This document shows positions 1 to 12,060 of a stretch of 62,276 nt of DNA, one piece after another. The notes beneath the pieces are model-generated. The model saw only the letters and a program-made list of their open reading frames with translations. It was not told where the DNA came from and did no database searches. The stretch's first letter is position 1. Each line of letters starts with the position of its first letter. Both the position numbers and the translations under genes were made by a program. Source of the DNA: Chiloscyllium plagiosum (taxonomy: Eukaryota); assembly GCF_004010195.1 (NCBI RefSeq), contig NC_057719.1, positions 53,071,115-53,133,390 of the forward strand. The letters are read 5' to 3'.

Positions 1-610
1 TTGAGTACAGGAGTTAGGAGGTCATGTTGCGGCTGTATAGGACATTGGTCAGGCCACTGTTGGAATATTGCATGCAATTCTGGTCTCCTTCCTATCGGAA
101 AAATATTGTGAAACTTGAAAGGGTTCAGAAAAGATTTACAAGGATATTGCCAGGGTTGGAGGATCTGAGCTACAGGGAGAGGCTGAACAGGCTGAGGCTG
201 TTTTCCCTGGAGCGTCGGAGGCTGAGGGGTGACCTTATAGCGGTTTACAAAATTACGAGGGGCATGGATAGGATAAATAGGCAAAGTCTTTTCCCTGGAG
301 TCAGTGAGTCCAGAAATAGAGGGCATAGGTTTAGGGTGAGAGGGGAAAGCTTTAAAAGAGATCTAAGGGGCAACTTTTTCACGCAGAGGGTGGTATGTGT
401 ATGGAATGAGCTGCAAGAGGATGTGGTGGAGGCTGTTACAATTGCAACATTTAAGAGGCATTTGGATGGGTATATGAATAGAAAGGGTTTGGAGGGTTAT
501 GGGCCAGGTGCTGGCAGATGGGGCTAGATTGGGTTGGGATATCTGGTCGGCATGGACGGGTTGGACCGAAGGGTCTGTTTCCATGCTGTATATCTCTATG
601 ACTCTATGAT
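1..610 (+). mobile_element. CR1 (HER1-like) LINE, 3' end of ORF2 plus 3' UTR; runs off the window start
   Basis: ORF 24..527 has CR1 C-terminal motifs (LYRTLVRPLLEYCMQFWSP, LERVQKRFTR, LERRRLRGDL, FFTQRVVCVWNEL); ends in a CTATGACTCTATGA tail. Confidence 0.95.
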
Positions 611-1394
611 GATGGAGGCATTGACTTTATGCCCACTAGGAGAGGCACCATGCTCCTGCTGCATACATGTGAAACACACTGAGCGTCTATAATCATTACG
701 AATTCTGGCCTAGCCAACTCAACCCACATTGCCAAGAGTGTATATCAATATAATCACACAAGGAAAGCTAAACCACCTGTGAGCAGAGGTGACATTCACT
801 CCCACAGACGCTGATGAACTTACAATCAGAGGATTCCATCCTTTACTCACCATCCACAAAACCTAGACAATGAATTTTGAGGGCCCTCTCTAAAAACCTG
901 TCATCATTGGATCCATAACATTCTGCCTTTAGAATTTATTTTCACTCCCTTAACATGGTTAATACCAGTACATCTGACAGCACTGCCCACCTTCTACCAG
1001 ATATTATGATTTATACTGACACTGCCAGTCTTCCATTTGACCTAGCTATAGTCAGAAATGGGCTCAGGACAAGAGCTAAACTCTTCTAACCTGTTGTGTC
1101 ACCTTTGTTAATTCCATATCTACAGGCTAAGAAAAGGCCTAATCTGAAACATGGTACCACCACAGCAGAAAGTGGAAATGCTTAAATCATGTTTATGCAG
1201 TGTGTGTGAATCAAGGAGTATTCTGGAAACTAGATTTTCAGTGTTAGGCCCATTACAGTTAAGCTAGGTGGAGATATACGAAGTCCAGCCAGCGCAGCAA
1301 CACTGGAAGATTCAGAAGAGATGTGAAACTAAATACTGATACATATCCATAAAGGTAACTTTTTAATACTGTTGATTAAAAATACTTGTTCTAA

Positions 1395-1870
1395 TACAAA
1401 AATTGTGGATGCTGAAAATCTGAATTGAAAACAAAATATATCTGTGAAGGCAACTACTCTGAGGCTTGCTGGCCTTTGTCAGAATGAGGATTTAGGATTT
1501 GCAATAAGATTGGTGCAACTGAAAGGAGTGAATGTGAAGAAGAATTTAGGGAAGATTGATGAAAGAATGAACATGGGTGGGATTAAATGATAAAAAAGCA
1601 AGTAAAGACAATGGTAATGGGTATGGATATCTCAAAAGATATTTAACGGGGGAGGTGTGAATAAATAAAGAAAATAAGATAAATGTGGAAGAAAAGAAAC
1701 ACAAACCAAAAGAACACAGAAACAGTATGGGGGCAGAAGTTACACTCTAAATGATTGAACCTAATGATGAATTAAGAAGATTATAGAGCACCCAGAGAAA
1801 AGATGAGGTACTAATTCTTAAGCTTGCATTGAGCTTCATTGGAACACTGCAGCAGACAGTCAGATGGAGT
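1395..1870 (-). mobile_element. Old Penelope-like element fragment (GIY-YIG C-terminus and terminal-repeat remnant)
   Basis: Minus strand near 1750-1855 reads LQCSNEAQCKLKN*YLIFSLGAL, similar to LEEERLIFRLGTLQP at ~37800; degenerate terminal-repeat-like sequence near 1400. Confidence 0.5.
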
Positions 1871-2934
1871 ACTCACACTGTATGAGTGAATTGAGGCACA
1901 TGATACTGGATCCAGATTCTTTCAGTGACCCTACAGCTACTGACCTACTGTACAATCTCCATCCATCCATATTTATTTGGTCAATTAACTATGTCTCCAT
2001 TTCCTGTTCTCGAGAAAGAGGACTTCCCACGTTGATATTACTGAAGGAAAGCATGTGCTGAGGCTTTCCTGGACTGTGGGGTCACCCAGGGTATTTCTTC
2101 TTCTATTGTGTTAGCAGGTTTCCTTCAACCCTCAGCTTTCCAGACTGGCCCCATTAACGTCAGGGCTGACAACCTTTTAAATATACTGTTAACATCCAAC
2201 ATGGAGCCCTCTGCTATTGCTTCCTATGCCAACACTGTGTCCTCAGTCATGCCCCTGCACCCCAACATTGGTAACTGGATAGCTGCTGGAAATCCTGTGC
2301 AGCAGATGATACCTTCCTTAACAGAAGTTGCAGTTATTATTGGATCTTGTAAGCTTGATGGTCAGAGATGAACATGGCCTGTGGGGAGTTAAGAGAAAAT
2401 GTCAGAGAGTTGTTGTTTGACCAATAATGCAGAAATATACAGGTTAGCACCACAGAGAACAACAGCATGGCCTTGACAACATCATGGCTGACAATAGTAG
2501 GGTTAGACCAGAGAGAATTGACTGTAGCATGTACAGAGCATGTGTTAGTATGTGTTAGTATGAGTTGAGTGGTAGAGAAAGTGATATGGCTGATGTCATG
2601 CCAGCAGATTTTAATGAATACATATAGGGAGGCTAAGAGACTAGATGTGGAGGTATAAGTGACAGAGAATGATTGACCCACCAGGTCCACTGAGATAGGA
2701 AAAGACTGAAGAAGTAGGTATGGAGGGAGAGCTCCGCATTATGCTGCACTCAGAATTGACAGATGAAACTAAAGCTTTTGCAAAGGTCACATTGCTCTGA
2801 GTTAGTAAGTGGAAAGTCAGAGGGCATATGTCATGTCGTGAGATTTGAAGAATAGATGGATCTGAGGGAAGTGTGGTGTAAAAATATCTGGAGGGGGTGT
2901 GAAAGCGTCTGATAAAACAAAGGATAAGGGACCA

Positions 2935-3152
2935 GGACAGAGAGTAGTGAGGATGTGGAATGCCTTGTTTTCAACAGTAGTAGACTCACCATCATTAAAG
3001 ACATTTAAATGATCATTGGATAAACATATAGATGATATTGAAATAGTGTAGGTTAGATGGGCTTTAGATTGGTTTCACAGTTTGGTGCAACATCAAGGGC
3101 TGAAGGGCCTGTACTTCACTGTAATGTTCTATGTTCGATGTTTTATGTTCTA
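2935..3152 (+). mobile_element. CR1 LINE 3' fragment
   Basis: RVVRMWNAL motif, GGGCTGAAGGGCCTGT 3' UTR and (TTCTATG)n-like tail; same family as 61920-62276. Confidence 0.85.
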
Positions 3153-3359
3153 AAGAAGAGATCAAGAACTTACATATAACAGCCCAAGGCATTGAGAATT
3201 AGGGCATTGCAGGATGTGAGTTGAGGAGTGATAAATATCCAGGAGATATCTGTAATCATGGACTGATCATGAAAGGTGAAATTTCATTTAGTGTCCACTT
3301 GGAATAAGTTTGAATCAGATACAGTTGCTAAGAAAAGAGATACAGTTATGTCACTTGCG

Positions 3360-3812
3360 ATACTTTAGCGATGAAGATAGATTGAAGAAGTTGGTACTGT
3401 TCTCCATGGAGAGATGAGGGCTGAAGGATCTAATAGAGGTTTTCAAACTCATGAGTGGTTGGACAGAATAGATATAACAAAGTTGTTTCCACTTATAAAC
3501 AAAGCAAGGACAAAGAGGGTAGATTTAAAGTGATGTGCAAGTGAAGCAAGGGTGATGTGAGCAAAAAAAAATCTTCACACAGTGAGTAGTTAGGATATGA
3601 ATTGCACTGACTGTAATTGTGGTGGAGACAAGTTCAGTTGGGGATTCAATGGGGCATTGGATTTTATTTTAGATATTAATTGTGGGGATATGGGGAACTG
3701 GCAGGAGGTTGACACTAGATAATAGAATGGACTAGAGAATACAGCCAGTGCAGGCACATTGGGCTGAAAGCCCTCCTTCTGTGCTGTAATAATGCTGTGG
3801 TTCTGTAATTTT
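3360..3812 (+). mobile_element. Degenerate CR1 LINE 3' fragment
   Basis: Decayed DLIEVFKLM and VVRIWN-like coding remnants; TGGGCTGAAAGCCCTCCTTCTGTGCTGTA 3' UTR. Confidence 0.7.
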
Positions 3813-4395
3813 GAAAGTGAGTTTTGGTAAACTCAAACATGAGGATCGAAAAATAGATGGGAAGTGAGTAAGGAAGAATAGATGAAAGCAAGTCCAATTG
3901 GAGTGAAAATAAGCTTTCTTAGAGAAATTACAGTAAATTAAATATTAATACAAAAGTAAAATACTGCAAATTTTGGAATTCAGAAACCAAAATAGAAAAT
4001 GTTGGAAATACTCGGCAGTTCTAGGAAAGAGAAACAAAATCAACCCTTCGATGCCCTAATTCTCAATGCCTTGGGCTGTTATGTGTAAGTTCTTGATCTC
4101 TTCTTTAGAACATAGAACATTGAACATAGAATATGACAGTGAAGTACAGGCCCTTCAGCCCTTGATATTGCACCTTCAGGATATGTTAAGTTTGGAACAA
4201 GTGAAAGTGAAATGGTGGAGGGGGTGGGTGGGCATGGCAAAGATATCAAGCTATTTTCTAAATACCTGATATTGTATTATAATTCTATGCTCCAGGAAAA
4301 CTATACACAAATTCAAATAACAGTATCATATCTTTCTTATCTGTTTTCAAACTTATTGCGAATTTTAATAATAATGAACCTTAACTTTAGGTTAA

Positions 4396-4691
4396 GGGGT
4401 GGCATGGTGGCTCAGTGGTTAGCACTGCTGCCTGACAGCACCAGGGACCCAGGTTCAATTCCAGCCTTGGGTGACTGACTGTGTGGAGTTTGCACATTCT
4501 CCCAGTGTCTGCGTGGGTTTCCTCCGGTTGCTCTGGTTTCCTCCCACAGTCCAAAGATGTGCGGGTCGGGTGAATTGGCCATGCTAAATTACCCATAGTG
4601 TTAGGTGCATTAGTCAGAGGGAAATGGGTCTGGGTCGGTATGGACTTGTTGGGCTGATGGGCCTGTTTCCACACTGTAGGGAATCTAATCT
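4396..4691 (+). mobile_element. HE1-like tRNA-derived V-SINE, full length
   Basis: A box TGGCTCAGTGG, B box GGTTCAATTCC, V-domain TGTGTGGAGTTTGCACATTCTCCC...GGTTTCCTCCCACAGTCCAAAGATGTG, CR1-like tail GGGCCTGTTTCCACACTGTAGGGAATCTAATC. Confidence 0.92.
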
Positions 4692-5262
4692 TTAGCTTTC
4701 TCTTCAAAAGGAAGGGAGCAGTAGAAGTGGGATGGATTTATCAGTTTCTTGGTGGGTCAGCAGGAAAGAATACATTTTTGCTTAAGCTCATTCCCTTCTG
4801 TCAGAATGCAATGTTGATTGGAAGGTTGATGTATTTTTGCCATGAATCCATTGTCTTTTTCACCAAGTTCATGGCTTGTTGCTCTGCTCCATATTTTCAG
4901 ATTTGCTGCTTCATTTCTACCTGACTCTCACCCTCATAGTCTCGGTTTTTCACATCTTCTTTGTGTTTGAAAAATATCTTTAATTTATGCCTCTTATTGT
5001 ACTGTACTAAAAATACATCTGCCATTTAGCTATCCATTCAAGCACTTCATTACAGCTTTCCTGTTCTCTTGAACAGGTTTGTGTGTCTAATACTTGTTCA
5101 TCTGTAATACACTCCAGTTTTTGACAAAAGACTCCTACCTGAAATATTAAATTGCTCACAAATTGCGAACAAGGCATTTCATTATTTCTTGATTTTATTT
5201 TAGGATTTCAGCCTCAGTTGGTGCTTTCTAAATATTTAACCATATTTATTAACATGTAAGTA

Positions 5263-5705
5263 TATAAGACCATAAGAAATAGGAACAGAAGTAAGCCTTT
5301 TCAGCCCCTCAAATCTGTTCTGCCATTCAACAGGATTATGGCTGATCTGCTGTTTCTCATGTCCACTTTCCTGTGTTTTTCTTGTAACTCTTGATTCTCT
5401 TGTGGCTCAAGAATCTATATCTCTCAGCTTTAAATATACACAAGGACTCTGCCTCCACATGCTTCTGTGGCAAGGAGTCCCAAGGACTCACAACCCTCTG
5501 AGAAAGGAAATTCCTCCTCATCTCAGTCTTCAGTTAGCCACCTCTTATTCTGAAACTATGAGGAAACATCTTTTTAGTATTTACCCTGTCACACCTCTTC
5601 AGATTCCTATGTTTCAATGAGGTCAATTCTCATTCTTCTAAACTCCAGTGAGTAGAGCACCAACCTGTTTAGCAGTTCCCGATAAGACAATCCCTCCATA
5701 CCATC
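5263..5705 (-). mobile_element. CR1/L2-type LINE 3' fragment
   Basis: Minus ORF 5607..5819 contains GLSYRELLNRLVLYSLEFRRMRIDLIET; CATAAGAAATAGGAACAG tail end. Confidence 0.8.
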
Positions 5706-5989
5706 CTTCCATATGATAGCATTTGTTTGTATTTGCAGAAGGTATGTGTTGCTCTTTAAGGTGAAAAACATAGTTTTCAAACCAAGCACTAACACTGTCA
5801 TATAAGAATGCACTGACAAATTTGTTTCATCTGGTGGTCCATTTCCTCCATTATTGAAGAACTCTGGAGTCTCATTAGAGCTTCATGCCAGCCAATCTGA
5901 CTTTAAAGGTTACAGATCAAGCTCACTGATTTTGAGTTGCACAAAAGAAACGTAGTTCTGTTCACTACTATCAGTTATCAACTGTGTCT

Positions 5990-6200
5990 ATTTTCCTGTC
6001 TGCAACAATATCGCCAATCCATCAGTGTCACTGGATCAAAACTAAACCTTTTCAAACAGCACTGTGGATATATCTAATCCACATCAATACTGATGTTTCA
6101 GGAATGCGGTTCACAATCAAGTTCTCAAGGTTAATTAGAGATGGGCAGCATATACTCTTCTTATCAGCAAAGCCTATATCCCAAGAAAGAATAAATAAAA
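5990..6200 (+). mobile_element. 3' end of an old CR1/L2-type LINE family
   Basis: TTCTCAAGG..ATTAGAGATGGGCA...ATCCCAAGAAAGAATAAA tail; homologous to minus copies at 36600-36970 and 58385-58580. Confidence 0.6.
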
Positions 6201-6493
6201 TTGTTACAAAATTCATTGTTTTTTCATACTCATTAACCACTAGCAGAAATTAAAACCATTTATATCAGAAAATGTTAACTTGTAAAACATTATAGTCAAA
6301 TCATAAGCAATGGAAACAGTTCTGGAAAATATCAAGAGTGTAATGATCAGTATTTTGTCAACTATAGATGCAGACAACCATTAAACAATTACAAAATAAC
6401 TTCTTCTTTTCTCAAATCTTGCTTCTCCTCATTGAATGATATAATTATATTGTCCATTTCTTCACAGATGGTCCAGAAATAATCTGCTTATAA

Positions 6494-6670
6494 TTGAAAC
6501 AACTCTACAGAGGTCAGTGTCCTGTCACCAAGACACCCTTTATTTACATGTGGAGAGTCCTCTGACACTCCTGTTTATATCTGTCAGCCAGGGCTCCCTG
6601 ATTGGAGCTGTAAGTCAGGGAACTCATATTCAATGAGGTTCACCTAGCTAAGCTTGTTACTATCACTACA
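6494..6670 (-). mobile_element. Short solo LTR-like element
   Basis: Ends in ATCACTACA (TGTAGTGAT on minus); minus-strand CCAAT, TATAAA and AATAAA in LTR order; possible ATAA TSD; left end uncertain. Confidence 0.5.
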
Positions 6671-6765
6671 ATAACAATAATATTTTTATTTCTGAAATGT
6701 GGAATGTATTCTACTTGACTCTACTTTTCTTTAATGTAGAAACAAGTTCTATTCTGTCATATTTT

Positions 6766-6803
6766 GATTCCTGAAGAAGGGCCTGTGCCCGAAACGTCGA
6801 ATC
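6766..6803 (+). ncRNA. Minimal type-I hammerhead ribozyme motif (family 1)
   Basis: Stem I GATTC/GAATC; core CTGAAGA 6771-6777 plus an extra A; stem II GGGC-CTGT-GCCC; GAAA 6791-6794; palindromic stem III ACGT; GUC cleavage triplet ending 6798. Confidence 0.8.
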
Positions 6804-6895
6804 TCCTGTTCCCTGGATGCTGCCTGACCTGCTGTGCTGTTCCAGCAATAAAGTTTCAACTTTGATCTCCAGCATCTGCAGACCTCACTTTCTCC
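6769..6895 (+). mobile_element. Penelope-like mini-insertion (family 1 terminal repeat) with hammerhead motif
   Basis: 14-bp TSD TGTCATATTTTGAT at 6755-6768 and 6896-6909; ends CTCACTTTCTCC; near-identical to the copy at 28298-28502. Confidence 0.9.
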
Positions 6896-7399
6896 TGTCA
6901 TATTTTGATCCCAACTTAAATCATTGATTCCTTTCATTATCCTTATTTTTCCTTACTAAAACCTTTGTTTTTAAAATAAGAACATCAAAATACATAAAAT
7001 AGGAGCAGGGCAAGGCTATTGTGTTGAGTATATTTGTGTGTGTGCTTGAGGGAGTTGGTATCACAATATTAGATTTTAGGGTGACTGCACAATTGTGCAA
7101 GCACCATTCTTTATTTAAGCTGATAACTATTGAAATAGTCCCCACATTCATAGGTTTAAAATAAAGCACATACATCTTCCTCAAAAGTCCATGCATGCAT
7201 TTGGGGAGGGAACACGGATTTCAGCAGTTCTCTCACACTGACCATAACAGCACTATCACGTCTTTGAACAGAAAATAAACTCACTGTTAATAAACAAAGA
7301 AGGTGTTATAATTAGTCAGCATTTTCTTCCCCAATGCTATTGCCGTTTACTCTTTCCTACCCTAAAAGTATCGACTCATATTTAGGTAGGATTCTTTAG

Positions 7400-8125
7400 C
7401 TAACATTGGATCAAAAAGAGATCTTGGAGTTCAGGTTCATCATTTCTTGAAAGTCGAATTGCAAGCAGACATGATAGGGAAGAAGGCATTTGGTGTGCTT
7501 GCTTTTATTGGTCAGTGCATTGAGTACGGGAGTTGGGAGGTCATGTTGTGGCTGTACAGGACACTGGTTAGGCCACATTTGGAATATTGCATGCAATACT
7601 GATATCCCTGCTATGGGAAGGATGCTGTGAGACTTGAAAGGGCTCAGAAAAGATTCATAATGATGTTGCCAGGGTTGGGGGGTTTGAGCTATATGGAGAG
7701 GTTGAATACACTGGGGTTATTTCCTCTGGAGCATTAGAGGCTGAGGGGGTGAACTTATAGACATTTATAAAACCATAAGGGGCATGAATAGGGTAAGCAG
7801 ACAAGGTCTTTTCCCAGGGATGGGGGTATCAAAACATGGAGGGTAGAGATTTAAGGTGACAGGGGAAAGATTTAAAAGGGACCTGAGGGACAACGTTTTC
7901 ATGCAGAGAATCTTGTGTGTGTGGAATGAGCTGCCAGAGGTAGTGGTAAAGGCTGGTACAATTACAACATTTAAAGGGCATCTGGATGGGGATGTGAATA
8001 GGAAGGGTTTAGAAACATATGGGCCAGATACTGGAAAATAGGACTACATTAATTTAAGACATCTAGTTGACGTGGACGAATTGGACTGAAGGGTCTGTTT
8101 CCATGCTGTACATCTCTATGAGTCG
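7400..8125 (+). mobile_element. CR1 (HER1-like) LINE, 5'-truncated and decayed
   Basis: Colinear with 1-610; ERFKRDLRDNVFMQRILCVWNELP; same 3' UTR. Confidence 0.9.
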
Positions 8126-9077
8126 ATAACAGGTCACTTTCAAATGTGAGCTTGAACAAGTATAGGCATGCAATAGGTTGAGAGGGAAACTGTGGGCCAT
8201 CAGACCCCAACCTAATCTGTACCAATGCTTTCTAAACCTTTTCTCATTTATATATCCACATTCAAATACTGGCAATGTTATTATTTTTTGATCAGCTGTA
8301 TATCCAGCACACATAGAAATCCATTGCCATTGTCAATTGAAAATTTTAAAACTCCAACCGAGCCACTTAGATTTTCAAACAGGTAGCAATTCTGTTGGTC
8401 TGAAATGGTACAAACTCTCTTACTCTTACACCTTACCTACAAAGATTTAAAAAGTTCCAGCATAAAAGCAAGGAATCAATTACTCTCAAGGGTGTGCTGG
8501 ATTAAAGCAAGGATGCTGGATTAAAGCAAGCTAAAACCAGACACAAAGCAATAGGAAATTTTTCAAAACTTATCTAGTCAGGCCCATTTCTTGCATGAAT
8601 TTAAATGAAATTGCAACTCATTGTAATGTCAGTGCAGACAAATATATAAAGATTATTGACTTTTAAAATGTTTTACTCTGTGTATCAGGACATTCTTCAT
8701 GCATCACCAGAATTCAACTAGGATTGGATTATAGTCTGAACAGCCTAAGTGAAGAGATCACTGTGATTTAGGATATGTACACTATGTAATTCTGAACTGC
8801 ATGCTGTTCTGCTTTGTATTCAGATGGCTAAGTAATCCAACATCAGCTTATTTTTAGCCAGTGAGAAACTTACCAGAAGCAAAACATTATTTGCAAAGTG
8901 ATGCAAAGCAAATGGTCATAAATTTAAAGTAGTCACTGATAAATTCAATCAGGAAATCTGAAGAAACTTTGGGCTGAATCTTATGCTTTTGGGCTAAAGT
9001 TGTGTCAAGACTTTTGGGGGAGTTTTTCACCATGGGGTCTAACAAGTTCTCTCACTGTATCTTAACAATCCCACCAC

Positions 9078-9201
9078 ATTCCTAATGAAGGGTTTATGCC
9101 CGAAACTCTCCTGCTCCTCAGATGCTACCTGACCTGCTGTGCTTTTCCAATGCCACACTCTTCAACTCTGATCTCCAGCATCTGCAGTCCTCACTTTCTC
9201 C
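9078..9201 (+). mobile_element. Penelope-like mini-insertion (family 1), hammerhead core mutated
   Basis: CTAATGAAGGGTTTATGCCCGAAAC...CTCACTTTCTCC; core G5 changed and stem III partly deleted. Confidence 0.8.
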
Positions 9202-9448
9202 ACCAAATTAATTACCTGCCCTGTTCCCCTGATTGATTCTAGCCCTGCCTTTTCACATACTCATCCTGGAACAACTCACCACTCTGGATATCCCAGAATC
9301 CACTGGCATACCTTGCACCAGTGCTGCTTATAAAGGTCCGTGGTACATCCAGACATGCAATGCCATTTGAAGCTGACCTGCATGGTTCCTGTATTTGCTG
9401 GGGGCAAAGTAGACAGAGTGAAGTTGGTTGTTCCTCTGTGCTGGCAAG

Positions 9449-9629
9449 GACATGGAGGTCCTGCTGGATGGAACGTTGCAGAAGCACAACTTCTTCTTCC
9501 TCTGACAGTGGAATCAATGGTACCATGCCACGCTGGCCTGGTCCAAGGTTACCACCAAGGTCACTACAGTCTCAACTGTCTGGAAGAATGTCCAGTGATG
9601 TAGGAAGAAGGTCAATGATCTCCTGCAGC
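9449..9629 (+). pseudogene. Harbinger Myb/SANT-like DNA-binding protein relic
   Basis: Manual translation DMEVLLDGTLQKHNFFFL*...LAWSKVTTKVTTVSTVWKNVQ*CRKKVNDLLQ fits the LEVLL...AW..V...QCRKK.NDL Myb/SANT pattern; GTAAGT donor at 9630. Confidence 0.7.
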
Positions 9630-10285
9630 GTAAGTGCCACCACCTTTTCTCCAATAGGTTCCTCTCACTCTATCTGAGGTTTGGGCCTATGCTATCCCTC
9701 TAGGTTATCCTTTCCCTCTCAACCTATCACTATTGTATCCATTCCTCACCAAAGGTTCATGGTCTATCACTGGTAACCTTCGTTGCATGAGTAGTATTGT
9801 TACATCACATTTAAGGGGGAAATTGATATGTACATGAGAAAGAGAATATAAAAATATGTTAGCAAAGTGATTCAAAGTCTGAGAAGGCTCTGTGGAACAT
9901 TAACACAAGTATAGACTTGCTGAGCTGAATGAAGTCTTTGCACAGCAGAGTCCATTTGCTTGCTCTGACAGAGCAATCTATTCAGTATAATCCCCAGCTG
10001 AGCTCTCATTTCTCAGCAAGTTTACTTCCTTCCAGTGGCCACTTGATTTCTTTTTCCATTTGTATCATCCTCATGAAGCAGCAATTGGCCCAGGATCTTT
10101 AACTCTTGCTGTGGGTCAAACAGGTTCCTCCTCATATTCCATCTAAATATTGTGCAAAACATTACAGCTGTGTCCCCTATATTTTGTACTATCATTAAAT
10201 GGGAAGTTTTTCCTTGTCCAGCTTGTACAAGTTATAACCTTGTATACTTCTACTTCATTCGCCTTCATTCATTTCCCTTCAAATA

Positions 10286-10525
10286 CAGTGGCTCAGTGAT
10301 TAGCCCTGCTGCCTCACAGTGCCAGGGACCCGAGTTCTGTTCTAGCCTTGGGTGACTGGCTGTGTGGAGTTTGTATATTCTCCCCATGTCTGCGTGGATA
10401 TCCCCCCACAGTCCAAAGATGTGCAAGCTAAGTGGATTAACCATGGGAAATGCAGGGTTGTGGTTGGGTGGTATGGATTTGATGGGTTGAATGGCCTGCC
10501 TCCACATTCTAGGGACTCGATGAAG
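10286..10525 (+). mobile_element. HE1-like V-SINE, degenerate
   Basis: GTGGCTCAGTGATTAGC head and TGTGTGGAGTTTGTATATTCTCCCC V-domain. Confidence 0.85.
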
Positions 10526-11357
10526 GTCCTTTAACGCAAGGAGAAAAACCCTGCATTTTCCGACTTAACCTTGTAAGTAACTACCCCCTCCCCAAATAAA
10601 TGGAACTACTCTGAATAATCTCTTCTGCATCCTCTGAAGGACTCTCAAATCCACAACCATATGTAGCTGCCAGCACACCAGGAGTGTGAGCAAACCAAGT
10701 GTTTTCTATTTCTGTCTGAGGGTGTGAGTTATGCTTGTGAGCAACGTGAAGCCCTTCAAGGAGCAATTGCATTAATCTCACCTACACAGTACAGGCTTAA
10801 GGCATCTGCCGTCCCAGAATTCCAAATGTGAAACACATTCAATTGCTAACTGTGTACAACACAAATCTTGGCCACAGCCCTGTCATTGGTTGTTACAAAT
10901 TGATCAGTCATCTCAGTGAAGCAGAAGTTAACACAGGCAACTTTAAAAAACTGTCACTTGCAGCTCACTTCAGAAAGACAATCCACAGTCTCATAAACTA
11001 CACAAGAGCACAAACCTGATTTCCTCACCTTGAACTGTAAGCATTTGACAGCAAGCTCTGATAGGCAATGCTGCCTTTTTTGGGTGAAGCATGACTTGGG
11101 TGGGGGTTGGTGATTGGTGAAGAAATGGATGGTGGTGTGGGCAATTTTTAGAATCCTATTACAGTTATAATCTTCTACTATATTTGTGTGATGTGGCTTG
11201 TGCTTCACACAATGGAATAAGGTCCACTACATCAAACACCCATGTACAGGAATTCCAATGCACTCCTTGCCATCCTGTATATCCCTACACATTGAGGACT
11301 AAACTAAATGATAATGTGTGTTTGAATGGAATTCTGACTACAGGGTAACCTACAGGG

Positions 11358-11511
11358 CAACACAGGCGGGGACTATTTTGTTTGGATAATCGAATGTTCT
11401 GTTAATCAAATGTTCAGATAACACAGTTTACCCAAACATCGGGACCTTGAGATCTTGTTTGGAAAATCTGAAATTCTGATAATTGATGTTCAGATAATTG
11501 TGGTTGTACTG
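11358..11511. mobile_element. Tc1/mariner (Tigger/pogo-like) MITE fragment, one end only
   Basis: Repeated GATAAT(C/T)G subterminal motifs ending GGTTGTACTG (CAGTACAACC on minus); other end not found. Confidence 0.45.
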
Positions 11512-11559
11512 ACATTAATAAGGATTTGTTCTCTTTCTGATATTTACTACTTCAGCTCA

Positions 11560-12060
11560 TTGGAATCATGACCAATGGATCCAGCGCAGGCTGTAGGCTT
11601 TGCCTATATAGCTCACCTTCCCAGGTGAAAGACTGTGTAGACATTGTGCTGAGGGCACTGTACAGGAAGGTGGCTGACTTCATCAATAGAAGATGCTCAG
11701 ATTTAGTGAGGCCTGCAGGGAATACGCTGGAAGCTGCCATGATGCCTATATCCTCAATAACTCTCAAGTTCATGCTTCATGTAAAGGGCTGGATGTGTTA
11801 CAAGGATGACAGCTGGGAGACATAGGCTAACCCTGGTAACCCTGGCTGACGCCATTATATAACCTGCTAAGTGAGGATAAGCATAGATGCAATATGGCTC
11901 ATTCTTCCACCAATGAGATGGTGGAGCAGATGTTAGGCCTCCTGAAGATGAGGTTCCGATGCTTGCATTTGTCTTGGGGGTCCTGGTGATATTGTTCAGA
12001 CAGAACATGTTGCGAGATCCTAGCCTGCTGTGATTTGCACAACTGCAGTAGACAAAGAAG
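11560..12060 (+). pseudogene. Harbinger (HARBI1-like) DDE transposase relic
   Basis: One frame from 11720: YAGSCHDAYILNNS...QLGDIG*PW*PWLTPL...NMAHSSTNEMVEQMLGLLKMRFRCL, then LACCDLHN; matches PIF/Harbinger motifs PGS.HD, LGD.GYP, VE..G.LK.RFRCL; several stops. Confidence 0.85.

Noticed and set aside
24..527. 167-aa ORF as a host gene
   Set aside because: It is the C-terminus of CR1 ORF2 and is repeated many times in the window
610..1390. Unexplained sequence, possibly an old element (similarly ~33200-34300 and ~42300-42900)
   Set aside because: No motif, terminus or TSD that I could support by eye
4396..4470. tRNA genes at the SINE heads (also 23064, 51927, 54407)
   Set aside because: A and B boxes run directly into the V-domain and LINE-like tail; these are SINE heads
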